A DNA stretch of 64,000 nt from Selenomonadaceae bacterium (GTDB taxonomy: Bacteria; Vulcanimicrobiota; Xenobia; Xenobiales; JADMJV01), in assembly GCA_037189585.1 (NCBI GenBank), contig JBBCJA010000018.1:887-64886 (forward strand). Reading direction: 5' to 3'. The position numbers and the translations under genes were made by a program. Under the pieces are notes generated by a model. It was not told the DNA's origin. It saw nothing but the letters and a program-made list of their open reading frames with translations, and did not search any database. Positions 33,419 through 43,514 of the stretch are shown here, one piece after another (position 1 is the stretch's first letter; each line of letters opens with the position of its first letter).

Positions 33419-35803
33419 TTAAGTCGCCGCTTTCTCGGGCTTGAGCACCTTGGCCTCGCGCGCCACTGCCCCCAAGCGCTTGGAGACGTCCGGTAGCGCC
33501 ACCGCCAGGACCTGCTCGATGTGCTCGGCCAGCACGAACTCCATCTCATCGCGGGCCGACTGCGGCAGCTTCCTCAAGTCCTTCTCGTTGAGGGCCGGCA
33601 GGATGACCTTGGTCACACCTTGTCGACGCGCGGCCAGGACCTTCTCCTTGATACCGCCCACCGGCAAGACCAGTCCGGCCAGGGTTACCTCACCCGTCAT
33701 CGCCACGTCGTGGCGTACCGGAATATTGGTGTAGGCCGAGGCCAAAGCCGTAACCATCGTCACACCCGCCGAGGGCCCATCTTTAGGAATGGCGCCCGCC
33801 GGGACGTGCACGTGCAGTCCTCCCTCGGAGACGGTCTCTTTGGAGAGTCCGAACTCCTCGGCTCGGTTGAGGATGATGGACTGGGCGGCCTTGACCGACT
33901 CGCTCATCACCTCTCCCAACTGACCGGTCACGGTCAAACCTTTGCCCGAGGGGATACGAAGCGCCTCCACGTAGAGCACGTCTCCGCCCACCGGGGTCCA
34001 AGCTAGACCCGTGGCCACTCCCACCGCGTCGTGGTCGCGCGCCTTGTCCTTAACGATGCGGTCCGGCCCCAGAAGCTCTTGAACCAGCTCCTCATCGACC
34101 GTCACCGGTCCTTGCTCTCCCTTCTCCAGGTAGCGAAGGGCTAGTTTCCGGCTCAGTTTGCCCAGAGCCCGCTCCAACGAGCGCACCCCGGCTTCCCGAG
34201 TGTAGGAACGAATCAGCTCAGACAAAGCCTCATCCGTGACCGTGACCAGCTCCTCCTTAAGGCCCGCTTGTTCCAACTGACGTGGAGCCAGATAGCGACG
34301 AGCGATGGAGAACTTCTCCTCCTCGGAGTAGCCGGAGAGACGGATGATCTCCATACGGTCCAACAGCGGAGCGGGGATTCCGTCGGTCGTATTGGCCGTT
34401 AAGATAAACATCGTCTTGGAGAGGTCAAACGGCAGGTCCAGATAGTTGTCCCGGAACTTGTCGTTTTGAGCCGGGTCGACCACTTCCAAGAGAGCCGCGG
34501 CCGGGTCTCCTCGGAAGCCTCGCCCCAACTTGTCCACCTCGTCAAGCATCAGTACGGGGTTCTTGGTTCCCGCTCTTCTCAAGGCCGTGATCAGACGCCC
34601 GGGAAGGGCGCCCACGTAGGTGCGGCGGTGTCCGCGAAGCTCGGCTTCGTCGGAGAGTCCGCCCAGGGCTACCCGCTCGAACTTGCGTCCGATGGCACGC
34701 GCGATGGACTGGCCCAGGCTGGTCTTACCCACACCGGGCGGACCGACGAAGAGCAGAATGGGAGACTTGGCTTCGGCGTTGAGACGCATCACCGCCAGGT
34801 GCTCCAAGATCCTCTCTTTGATCTCCTCGAGACCATGGTGGTCCTCGTCAAGAACCTGGCGCGCCTCGGGCAGCTCGAACTCGTCCGGCGTGGTAGAGTT
34901 CCAAGGAAGGTCCAGCGCCAGCTCCACGTAGCCACGGGTGATCTGGTAGTCAGGAGAGGAGGGGTTCGCCCGCTCGAGACGGTCGATCTCTTTCTTGAGC
35001 TCTTTACGAACCTCGTCGGTGAGCTCCAACTCCTCGAGCCGCTTACGGAACTGCTCGACCTCCTCGGCCTCTCCGCCCTCTTCTCCTAGCTCTTCTCGGA
35101 TCGAGCGAAGTTGGCGTCGCAGGATGTGTTCGCGTTGCTCCTGGTCCAGCTTTTCCTTGGTGTTGGAGCTGATCTCCTGACGGAGCTCGGCTACCTCGAG
35201 CTCGTAGCGCAAGAGCTCGAGCGCGGTCGACAGCACTGCGGCGCGAGATGACGCCTCTAACACGCGCTGGCTCTTCTCGATGGTAAGGCCTGCGGCCGGA
35301 GCCAGGAAGTAAGCCAGCTGCAAAGGCTCGGAAAGGTGAGTGGTCAGAGGCATCAGATTCTGCCCGTGAGGGCCAGCCAGTTGCAAGAACTTCTGGGCTA
35401 CTCCCTGCAATTCACGATGGAGCGCCTCGACTTCCGTGCCTTCGTCGGTCATCGGAGGCAGAACTTCAACTTCAGCGTGTCGATACTTGCCGTTGTCAGT
35501 GGTTCTGGTATCCATGGCTAAAAGCTTAGCTCGACCGATACCGGTCATCAGAACCTCCATCCGGCGGCCCTGCTGATAAATCTTCTGTATACGCACCAGG
35601 GTGCCCACCCGGTACAGTTGGTCGATGCTGGGATTCTCCAGCACGGGGTCTTTCTGCGTGACGACGAAGAGTGTGCTCTCCTCGGACTCGGTCGCCACGC
35701 GAACAGCTTCTTGGGAGGTGTCCCTGGCTACCGTGATCGGCATCATCGCGTAGGGAAACATCACGGCGTTTCGCAGGGTCACCATAGGATAGGTGGCGTT
35801 CAA
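33419..35803 (-). CDS. lon: ATP-dependent Lon protease
   Basis: Walker A GPPGVGKTS and the protease motif PKDGPSAGVTM are present, with a Lon N-terminal domain and a coiled-coil insert. Confidence 0.95.
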   Translation of the reverse strand: MNATYPMVTLRNAVMFPYAMMPITVARDTSQEAVRVATESEESTLFVVTQKDPVLENPSIDQLYRVGTLVRIQKIYQQGRRMEVLMTGIGRAKLLAMDTRTTDNGKYRHAEVEVLPPMTDEGTEVEALHRELQGVAQKFLQLAGPHGQNLMPLTTHLSEPLQLAYFLAPAAGLTIEKSQRVLEASSRAAVLSTALELLRYELEVAELRQEISSNTKEKLDQEQREHILRRQLRSIREELGEEGGEAEEVEQFRKRLEELELTDEVRKELKKEIDRLERANPSSPDYQITRGYVELALDLPWNSTTPDEFELPEARQVLDEDHHGLEEIKERILEHLAVMRLNAEAKSPILLFVGPPGVGKTSLGQSIARAIGRKFERVALGGLSDEAELRGHRRTYVGALPGRLITALRRAGTKNPVLMLDEVDKLGRGFRGDPAAALLEVVDPAQNDKFRDNYLDLPFDLSKTMFILTANTTDGIPAPLLDRMEIIRLSGYSEEEKFSIARRYLAPRQLEQAGLKEELVTVTDEALSELIRSYTREAGVRSLERALGKLSRKLALRYLEKGEQGPVTVDEELVQELLGPDRIVKDKARDHDAVGVATGLAWTPVGGDVLYVEALRIPSGKGLTVTGQLGEVMSESVKAAQSIILNRAEEFGLSKETVSEGGLHVHVPAGAIPKDGPSAGVTMVTALASAYTNIPVRHDVAMTGEVTLAGLVLPVGGIKEKVLAARRQGVTKVILPALNEKDLRKLPQSARDEMEFVLAEHIEQVLAVALPDVSKRLGAVAREAKVLKPEKAAT

Positions 35804-36046
35804 ATTCTTAAGACCTCTTTCTATGGCCCTTTGGGGATCGGTCCCTGGGCCTTGATGGCAAGAATAAATGACCGACCGGTTTGGATGCAGTGGCAGGGCG
35901 TTAGATTTCTGTTAGCGGCGGCGTGTTCAGAAAAGACATGAGATTGTACAAGTCGCGGCCACAGGTCAGCGCCGCGCATGCTTTCCCTGATACGCTTTTG
36001 CAACAGGTCGTAACAGCGGCCTTAGTTAGAGTTAGGAGAGCTACTG

Positions 36047-36361
36047 ATGGGGACCTTTGAGAAAATTACGAATCGAATTTTTCCTCCAACTCCTCCTCCC
36101 CAATTCGTCGAAACTCATCTGCAGTTCCGCCGAAACGATAGCTCAAATTTCAAACTCGAGGCCGACACTCTAGAGAAGTATCACACTCACTCCAGGAAGG
36201 AAGAGGATGTCCGTCACATGGCCCGTGTCGTTGATAGCTATCAACACGTCATTTCCCTTGACGGAGATACCAGCGATCTTGATCCACGTGCCGGTCATGT
36301 CGTCTCCGCGGCGACTAATGAAGAATACCACTCGATACCGGCCAGATCGGAGACTAACTAG
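36047..36361 (+). CDS. Hypothetical protein
   Basis: 104-aa ORF with no recognisable domain. Confidence 0.4.
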   Translation: MGTFEKITNRIFPPTPPPQFVETHLQFRRNDSSNFKLEADTLEKYHTHSRKEEDVRHMARVVDSYQHVISLDGDTSDLDPRAGHVVSAATNEEYHSIPARSETN

Positions 36362-37403
36362 GCCTGGAGGCCGAAGTCGCGGAGCGCCACTCTCCGGGAG
36401 ATGAGCCTTCCCACTTGTGAAAGGCTCGAGAAAAGGAGTTGGGATCCTCATAGCCCACGAGGTAGGCGACCTCGTGGATGTCCAGCGGAGAGTGAAGGAG
36501 GTAGTGGTGGGCCAACTCACGGCGCGCCTCCTCGAGAAGATGACGGTAGGTGTGGCCTTCCTCGATGAGGCGGCGCTGCAGCGTGCGAGGGCTGGTTCGC
36601 AGCTCCTGAGCCACGTCCTCGAGTTGAGGGCGCCGACCCGCGGCGAGGGTCTTGATCGCGGCTTTGACTTGACTTCCCAAAGAGCTGTCTTCCCACTGTT
36701 GGGACAGCTCTTTTTCGAGTTGAGGCGCCACCATCTCCAGCAAGTCGGGATTGTAGCTTAAGAAGGGGCGGTCCAAATCCTCGCTCAAGAAGACCATCAC
36801 GTTTCTATCCCTATCAAAACGGACCGGACAGCCGAAGTGCCTCTCGTAGGTCTCTCCATAAGCTTCGGACCGAGCGAGGTCGAGTCGGAGGGGACGAACA
36901 TCCCTGCCGGTTCCCCGACGTACGATCGTCAATAACCAGGAAAAACAGACGTCGACTTGGGTGGGCGGCGCCTCTTCGTCGACAAGAAGCCAGAGGAAGT
37001 CCACGAAGCTTTCATCACCGTGCTGCTCAACCCTGATCTCCTGAGGTCCGGTGAGGCGCTTGAAGCGCGAGATACGCTCTAGCGCATCTCGAAAGGAGTG
37101 AGAGTAGAGCGCCGTGATCGACACGGGGTCGTAGCGCTCGACCCGCTGCTCGCTGCCGAGTTTCAAACCGATGGTGGGGTCGCCACTGACGTCGCGAACC
37201 GCGTTGAAGAAGGCGAATCTCTCCTCGGTGGTCATCCAGATCTTGCCCTGGTCGAGAAAGCCGGCTGGAAGTCCGGCCCGACGTAAGACCGCGGCAGTCG
37301 AGACCTTCAAGTCGCGAAGTTGAGCCGCGAGGATGCTAGGCATCCGAAAGCGGGTGGCCTTGAACTGCTCACGCGAGCCTTGAAGGTCTGTCTTCTTGCC
37401 CAT
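36354..37403 (-). CDS. AraC family transcriptional regulator
   Basis: C-terminal double HTH (SPRTLQRRLIEEGHTYRHLLEEAR...EVAYLVGYEDPNSFSRAFHKW). ATG 37403 chosen. Confidence 0.8.
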   Translation of the reverse strand: MGKKTDLQGSREQFKATRFRMPSILAAQLRDLKVSTAAVLRRAGLPAGFLDQGKIWMTTEERFAFFNAVRDVSGDPTIGLKLGSEQRVERYDPVSITALYSHSFRDALERISRFKRLTGPQEIRVEQHGDESFVDFLWLLVDEEAPPTQVDVCFSWLLTIVRRGTGRDVRPLRLDLARSEAYGETYERHFGCPVRFDRDRNVMVFLSEDLDRPFLSYNPDLLEMVAPQLEKELSQQWEDSSLGSQVKAAIKTLAAGRRPQLEDVAQELRTSPRTLQRRLIEEGHTYRHLLEEARRELAHHYLLHSPLDIHEVAYLVGYEDPNSFSRAFHKWEGSSPGEWRSATSASRPS

Positions 37404-37653
37404 GTCACTACTCCTTTGACCATCCTGGAGAAGATCATCTCCACCAAGTCGCACTGATTCTACCCCACCTAAGTCTAGAGGCTACTCACGCCATCTAGTC
37501 TTTCGGAAAGCGCCAACGGTCTAGCTCTTCACGCCAAATCCTTGACGTATCCCGCTAGAACATTGGCGCTCTCGGAATTCCATCCTGAAGGATACCGCGC
37601 TTAGAATCGAGCCATGTCCAGGAACTCTTCTCGAAGACATCGGAAGGAGAACA

Positions 37654-38538
37654 ATGTCGCTTGCCAACAACGGAGAACTCTCAATGAACCGACGAAGATT
37701 CATCGCGGTGGGAATCGACCTGGGCGCGACCCTGGGTTCGCTTATCGTAGCCAAAGGCTCCGATGCTCAGATTCTCTCGAAAGGCAAGGACGACAAGACT
37801 GTGGAGAAAGCTCGAATTTTTATAACCGGCTCAGCTGACGGGCTAGGCTACGCCGCGGCCGAGACACTGCTTACCGCGGGACATGAGGTCGTCATCCACG
37901 TCCGGTCTAGCGCGCGCCTGTCTGCCGTGAAAGACCTGGTGGGTCAAGGTGCTGTCGCGACAATCGGAGACCTTTCCAAGCTCGACCAGATACGCGATCT
38001 CGCGAGGCAGGTCAACGAGCTCGGTCGGATGGACGCGGTGATCCACAACGCGGGCATTCTCTCCGGCCCGCGACTGCTCGTCGTCAACGTCGTGGCTCCG
38101 TATCTACTCACAGCGCTGCTCCAGCGCCCTCAACGGCTGATCTATCTGAGCAGCAGCATGCACACGGGAGGTCAGGCAAGTCTAACCGGCATGGATTGGT
38201 CTGGTCGTTCCTCCACCGGCTCTTATTCGGACAGTAAGCTGTTCGTCACGACTCTGGCGGCGGCGGTCGCCCGGCTTTGGCCGGACGTTTTGAGCAACGC
38301 GGTCGATCCGGGTTGGGTTCCCACCAAGATGGGAGGAGCCAATGCGCCGGACGATCTGCGGCTAGGACATCTGACGCAAGAATGGCTTGCCACCAGCAAC
38401 GACCCAGAGGCGCTGACCAGCGGGGGATACTGGTATCACCAAAAACTCCGGAAGCCGCACTCTTCTGTTCATGACACAAAATTCCAGGATCAGCTGCTGG
38501 CCGAGCTCGCCCGTGTCACGGACACTCCACTGAGGTAA
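37654..38538 (+). CDS. SDR-family oxidoreductase with a twin-arginine-like N-terminus
   Basis: ITGSADGLGYAAA (TGxxxGxG variant) and YSDSK (YxxxK) are present. The N-terminus is NRRRFIAVGIDLGATLGS. AAGGAG lies just upstream of the ATG. Confidence 0.75.
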   Translation: MSLANNGELSMNRRRFIAVGIDLGATLGSLIVAKGSDAQILSKGKDDKTVEKARIFITGSADGLGYAAAETLLTAGHEVVIHVRSSARLSAVKDLVGQGAVATIGDLSKLDQIRDLARQVNELGRMDAVIHNAGILSGPRLLVVNVVAPYLLTALLQRPQRLIYLSSSMHTGGQASLTGMDWSGRSSTGSYSDSKLFVTTLAAAVARLWPDVLSNAVDPGWVPTKMGGANAPDDLRLGHLTQEWLATSNDPEALTSGGYWYHQKLRKPHSSVHDTKFQDQLLAELARVTDTPLR

Positions 38539-38589
38539 CCTATCCAGCGTCACTCGACTTTAATTAGGCGCCTTACTAAATATCAACTC

Positions 38590-39112
38590 ATGAGCATGCT
38601 TGCGCGGAAACATCTTGCCTTGCTGGAGGGAGCCGAGCGTCGGACCTTTGCCGATACCGATAATATACGCGCATGTTTCGAGATACTGGCACTTGCTGGC
38701 GCGATTGACAGAGATTGCGCTGTTCGACTTGCTCCCTTCCATCTTTCAGAGGGCAAGTTCGTGCTCTTAATTTTCTTCTGCACGAGCAACCTGACGGTCT
38801 GTCAACTCACGAATTGAAAGGGCGGGTGTGACGCGCGCCACGATTACCGGGCTACTCGATGGCCTTGAGCGCGATGGCTTCGTCGCGCGACGCACCAGTC
38901 TAGACGGTCGACGGAGAATCACGGTCGTTCTGACCGAGCATGGGCGGAAGACTACGCACGAGCTTCTTGACAGCCACAACACGTGGATAGCCTCTCTTTT
39001 CGGGGAATTTACCACCAACGATCTCCAAACACTCCATGCACTCCTTCGACGCATCTGGAAAAATCTCGACGCTGGTGAGAAACCAGAAGAGAGACAAGAG
39101 CCCCGGTCATGA
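38590..39112 (+). pseudogene. MarR-family regulator gene split by a frameshift
   Basis: The N-terminal 75 codons (..LSEGKFVLLIFF..LTVCQLTN-stop at 38815-38817) continue in another frame (open from 38795) as SRIERAGVTRATITGLLDGLERDGFV... This is the MarR wHTH split in the middle of the recognition region. Confidence 0.55.
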
Positions 39113-39648
39113 GCGGTGGCGCCGTCCAGAGAATTCCGGCAGATCGACTTGCGCGAATCAATGCTGGGGAAGAAGCCGCCACGCTGGCCGAATGCCTTGC
39201 TGTCGATTTTGCAGAGCTCTTGAGTCATGTCTTGCCGGAAATAGGGAACGATGCCCTAGCCGAGATGAGACAAGCTGCATCAGTCGGCATCTCCCGACGT
39301 ATGCCCCTTGCCGCTCGCTTAATCACGGATCGACTCGGGTTTTCCGCTCAAGAACAACTTGCAGAACACTCGTCGGACACGGCGCGCGGCTGGGCCTGCT
39401 TTATGCTCGGCGCCGGCGAAGGAATGGACCTCCCCCAGCGGCTTGCGGCGATCAGGCCCTATGCCGATGCTCGACATTTCGGTGTACGCGAATGGGCATG
39501 GATGGCGGTTCGTCCCCACCTTGCGGCCGAACTTGAACTCGCGATCCCTTTGCTAGTCGGCGACTGGACATCTGACCCATCCGAGCGTATCCGCCGCTTT
39601 GCCTCGGAAGCTCTCCGGCCACGCGGTGTCTGGAGACAACAACGATGA
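39109..39648 (+). CDS. DNA-alkylation-repair (AlkD/HEAT-like) family protein, probably C-terminally truncated
   Basis: ADARHFGVREWAWMAVRPHL and RRFASEALRPRGVW blocks fit that family. The ORF stops 4 codons after RGVW, where homologues continue. The stop overlaps the next ATG. Confidence 0.45.
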   Translation: MSGGAVQRIPADRLARINAGEEAATLAECLAVDFAELLSHVLPEIGNDALAEMRQAASVGISRRMPLAARLITDRLGFSAQEQLAEHSSDTARGWACFMLGAGEGMDLPQRLAAIRPYADARHFGVREWAWMAVRPHLAAELELAIPLLVGDWTSDPSERIRRFASEALRPRGVWRQQR

Positions 39649-40150
39649 AGGCAAACCCACTGACTTACGAAGGTAAAGTAGCCCTTGTCACCGGAGCGGC
39701 TTCCGGTATGGGGCTGGCCACAGCCCAAGCTTTCGCGGAAGCTGGAGCCGCAGTCGTTCTCGCCGACTACCGAGTGGAGCTCGTCGAGCAGGAGGCCGAG
39801 AAGCTGCGGGCTTCCGGCGCGCAAGCTTTGGCGCTCGCCTGTGACGTGAGCGACGAGGCGTAGGTTGCCGCCATGATGGAACGGACGGTGGCCGAGTTTG
39901 GCCGCCTGGATGCCGCTTTCAATAACGCGGGCGTCATGGCCAAGCTGGCCCCCACCGCGGAGAGCACCCTCGAAGAATGGAACCGCGTTATCAACATCAA
40001 CCTGCGCGGCGTTTGGGCCTGCCTGAAACACGAGATCCTCCAGATGCAGAAGCAAGGAAGCGGCGCGATAGTCAACAACGCCTCGGTCGGCGCTCTGACC
40101 GGCACCGGGTATTCCTTCCTACATTGCCTCGAAACACGGCGTGATCGGGT
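39645..40150 (+). pseudogene. SDR oxidoreductase pseudogene (in-frame TAG, then frameshift and truncation)
   Basis: After VALVTGAASGMGLATA.. comes DVSDEA-TAG(39861-39863)-VAAMMERTVAEFGRLD in the same frame. Near 40113 the frame slips so that the YxxxK block SYIASKHGVIGL lies in another frame. SDR similarity ends near 40150. Confidence 0.65.
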
Positions 40151-40252
40151 TGATCCCGAGGACTCTTCGGAAGATAGGCTCTGCTACTTTGGAGGAAATT
40201 CTGACAAACGGAGAAATGTCTATCCAATGTATAGACAGAAGTATAGCTCTCT

Positions 40253-40495
40253 ATGAGAGCCAGGGTTACCAAGTGGGGAAATAGCCTGGGCTTGCGACTC
40301 CCCAAAGCTCTCTCCCAGCAACTTGGCATTGAGGAAGACGGATACGTGGAGATGGAGGTCTTCCAAGGGCAGTTAGTGATCCGGCCCTCCTCTCCCCCTC
40401 CGCTTTCTCTGGAAGAACTGGTCGGCCGCATTACCCCTGAGAATCGGCACGAAGAGATGGATTGGGGCGGGGCCGTGGGAGCCGAATTTTGGTAG
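40253..40495 (+). CDS. mazE: MazE/AbrB-fold type II antitoxin
   Basis: RVTKWGNSLGLRLPKAL is a SpoVT/AbrB swapped-hairpin motif. The protein is 80 aa with an acidic C-terminus. Confidence 0.8.
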   Translation: MRARVTKWGNSLGLRLPKALSQQLGIEEDGYVEMEVFQGQLVIRPSSPPPLSLEELVGRITPENRHEEMDWGGAVGAEFW

Positions 40496-40827
40496 CAGGC
40501 TATGTTCCCCAACGGGGAGATCTTGTTTGGATAGACTTTGACCCACAAAAAGGGCGTGAGCAGAGAGGGCGGCGCCCGGCCCTGGTTCTTTCTCCTCAAG
40601 AGTACAACCTCAAGAGTGCCCTGGCCTGGTTCTGCCCCGTCACCTCGAAGGTCAAGGGATATCCATTCGAGGTCCCCCTACCCGAAGGACAAAAGATCCA
40701 GGGAGTGATTCTGACTGACCAGGTCCGCAGCCTAGACTACAAAGGGCGGCGGGCTGAGTTTATCGCACGTGTAGACAACGAGATTTGCCAAGCCGCCCTG
40801 GCTCGTGCCAGAACACTTTTGAGTTAG
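40489..40827 (+). CDS. mazF: MazF/PemK-family endoribonuclease toxin
   Basis: YVPQRGDLVWIDFDPQKGREQRGRRPALVLSP...KGYPFEV...VILTDQVRSLD aligns along its length with E. coli MazF. TTG 40489 overlaps the mazE stop (the track start is 40462). Confidence 0.8.
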   Translation: MVAGYVPQRGDLVWIDFDPQKGREQRGRRPALVLSPQEYNLKSALAWFCPVTSKVKGYPFEVPLPEGQKIQGVILTDQVRSLDYKGRRAEFIARVDNEICQAALARARTLLS

Positions 40828-40838
40828 TTTGTCTGGCA

Positions 40839-42383
40839 TCAGCGTCCATCCCATCGCCGCAGAGGGGTCCAATCGGGCGGTGGCTGAAGCTGGGCGTTAC
40901 TGCCCACGATCACGTCCTGACTGACCTGCCAGTACTTCTGGACGTGGTGGGAAAGGTTATGAACGGCTCCCGTGTTGGGATTGATGAAGTCGTCCCGCTC
41001 GTTGATGCCATTGACCGTGTGGTGCTGCATCGTGTTGAAGGTGTTGCTCTGATTCTGCCAGCCGCTCATCTGCATGTCTCCCATCGCCATGTTGTTCTGA
41101 TGGATCTGAGTGTTGGACTGGCCCACCATGGCGATGTCGTTCATCCGCTGCTGATGCAGTGAGTTATTGAGATTAGCCCACTGGTTGTTGAGCTGACTCT
41201 GCTGAAACATCTGGTTTCCGAACATCGCTGAGGAGCGAGCCTGCTCGTTTTGTTTCCAAGCGGGATTGCTCTCCACACTTTGGGCTACACCTAGAAAGAC
41301 CGCCTCAAACTTCGGCATAAGAACAGCCGGCGCCTGATACCAGTAGGTATGGCCGCCCATCCAGCGGCCGGTGTTTCCCAGTGGAAAGCCACCCAGCTTG
41401 AGTACCCGAATGATGTCTCCCGGGAGCCAGATACGGACTTCAGCCTGGTCGGGCTTACCTTGGTCGGTGTAGCTTAACATGCGACAGCCCGGCATACTCT
41501 GCTGCCAGCGCGGCCACAACACATGCTCCACCGCCGGACGCAAACCATGAAAGGGACAGATGGTCTCCCCCATCGCTTGGGCCATCCCATGACCCGCGTT
41601 CGAGACCAGGCGGCCCAGCATACCGAAGAGCCCTTCATCCGGAGCCGCCTGACGCGGCAGCTCTCCCTGAATAAAGGTCTGATACTCAGGCTCGAGAGCC
41701 AAAAAGATATGCCCCGAAGACTCAGCGAAAACGCGGGCCATCGGCTGGCGCATCCCGGTCATGCTCGGCGGCGGTACCAGGCGTGACTGGCATTGCCATC
41801 CCAGCGGAAGGTCCAAGACGAAGGCGCCTTCCTGAGGTTCACACCAGCGCTGCCTTGGGATCGGCGCGATGGGATTGAGAGAGGCGAGCATCTTTCCGAA
41901 CTGGGTCTCCAGTTCGCCTTGAAAGTTGGGGCGGCTCCGCCCTACCGCCAGTGTCCCCCCTTGCGGTGTTAAGTGCACGGAGATCACCCCTCGCCACTCC
42001 GGCCCTTCGAAAGCAGCTCTGAGATAGCTGTCGCTACTCCCCTCGAGAATCTCGCCTTGATGTCCAGGCAAGGTCGCAAGATACAACTCCGCGTGCTGAG
42101 CGGCGTTTATCATGGTCTGGGCCGGGAGAAGAACGAGCTCGAGTTGGGCTAAGAGCTCGGGGCCCTGAAAGGTTACCCCGGCTCCTTCTGAAGCAACCGC
42201 CTCCCATCCGTCCGGGGAAACGGTCGCGAACCCACGCCAGGCATTCTGGTAAAGCTGATATCCCGGCTCGATGTCCGGCGCTTTCAAAATCGTGGCGGTA
42301 CTCGGCGCACCGCATCGCTGGCAAGCGGTCTGCTCCCGAAGAACCTCCCCATCGCAATGCTGACAAAAAGACTTCAAAATCAT
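40839..42383 (-). CDS. Zinc-ribbon protein with a Q/N/M/H-rich low-complexity region
   Basis: The N-terminus is CQHCDGE..CQRCG. Residues 384-455 are dominated by Q, N, M and H. Confidence 0.65.
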   Translation of the reverse strand: MILKSFCQHCDGEVLREQTACQRCGAPSTATILKAPDIEPGYQLYQNAWRGFATVSPDGWEAVASEGAGVTFQGPELLAQLELVLLPAQTMINAAQHAELYLATLPGHQGEILEGSSDSYLRAAFEGPEWRGVISVHLTPQGGTLAVGRSRPNFQGELETQFGKMLASLNPIAPIPRQRWCEPQEGAFVLDLPLGWQCQSRLVPPPSMTGMRQPMARVFAESSGHIFLALEPEYQTFIQGELPRQAAPDEGLFGMLGRLVSNAGHGMAQAMGETICPFHGLRPAVEHVLWPRWQQSMPGCRMLSYTDQGKPDQAEVRIWLPGDIIRVLKLGGFPLGNTGRWMGGHTYWYQAPAVLMPKFEAVFLGVAQSVESNPAWKQNEQARSSAMFGNQMFQQSQLNNQWANLNNSLHQQRMNDIAMVGQSNTQIHQNNMAMGDMQMSGWQNQSNTFNTMQHHTVNGINERDDFINPNTGAVHNLSHHVQKYWQVSQDVIVGSNAQLQPPPDWTPLRRWDGR

Positions 42384-42568
42384 ACAGTATCACCTTACCT
42401 TACAATTCTATCTCTTTCGGTGACGTCGGTCACGTGAGAAGGTGCAAGTCAATGGACGGACAGCCGTTAGCTCCGGTCCGACTCATGAGGCCGGTGACTC
42501 CGATAGGTCCTGTAGAGATTCGAGACCTCTTGGAATGAAGATTACCTGACACGGGCGAACGGGCCGGC

Positions 42569-43393
42569 ATGAAACGCGCGGCGCTGGTCTATGATTTTGA
42601 CGGAACCTTAGCACGGGGGAACATTCAGGAGCATTCTTTCATCCCCGGACTCGGCATCGAGATCGAGGATTTTTGGCAGCGCTCGAACGGGGCGGCCCGC
42701 GAGCACGACGCCGATCAGATTCTCACCTATATGTATGAGATGATGGTTCAGGCCAAGTCTCGTGGGCTGAAGCTGACCCGAGACTCTCTCTTAGAGCACG
42801 GTCGTACCGTGCCATTTTTCGACGGGGTGGAGAGTTGGTTCGGCCGGGTGAACGCCTATGCTCAGAGTCAGGGGCTTGCCCTGGAGCACTACGTCATCAG
42901 CTCGGGCATCCGCGAGATGATCCTCGGTTGCTCCGTCGCTCAGGAGTTCCGGCAGGTTTTCGCCTCGAGCTTTCTCTACAATGAAGAGGGAGAGGCGGTA
43001 TGGCCGGCCTTGAGTATCAACTACACTACCAAGACCCAATATCTGTTCCGCATCAACAAAGGTATCGACAACTGCTGGGACAACGAGGCCATCAACCGCT
43101 GGGTTCCTCCCGGAGACCGCCGTCTGCCCTTTGAGAACATGGTGTTTTTAGGCGACGGTGAAACGGATATCCCCTCGATGAAGATGGTACGTCATCAAGG
43201 CGGTTACGCCGTGGCCGTGTTCGACCCCGAGAAATGGGATAGGCTGCAGTCGCGCATTACCGGCCTGATCGCCGAAGACCGCACCAACTTCGTCGCCCCT
43301 GCTGACTATTCCGAGGGCAGTCAGCTGGAAGTCACCGTGCGCGGCCTCCTGGGGCGAATCGCCGGACCAAAAGAGTGTACGACATCTTTATGA
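42569..43393 (+). CDS. HAD-superfamily hydrolase
   Basis: Motif I VYDFDGTLA and motif IV FLGDGETDIPSMK. Confidence 0.75.
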   Translation: MKRAALVYDFDGTLARGNIQEHSFIPGLGIEIEDFWQRSNGAAREHDADQILTYMYEMMVQAKSRGLKLTRDSLLEHGRTVPFFDGVESWFGRVNAYAQSQGLALEHYVISSGIREMILGCSVAQEFRQVFASSFLYNEEGEAVWPALSINYTTKTQYLFRINKGIDNCWDNEAINRWVPPGDRRLPFENMVFLGDGETDIPSMKMVRHQGGYAVAVFDPEKWDRLQSRITGLIAEDRTNFVAPADYSEGSQLEVTVRGLLGRIAGPKECTTSL

Positions 43394-43514
43394 AAGGGAA
43401 TCACGAATAGCCTTTGGGTCTCTCACCGCCTTGGCGGCTTTTCTTCTTTCTTGCTCGACCGCTGAAAGGAGCTTGAAGGCGGAACCGCCAGCCTTGGAAG
43501 CGAAGCGGCGGGGC

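Noticed and set aside
39459-40599. Minus-strand ORFs 39459..40055, 39767..40105 and 40072..40599
   Set aside because: They are antisense to the SDR pseudogene and mazE, with no domain signals and a shadow-ORF composition.
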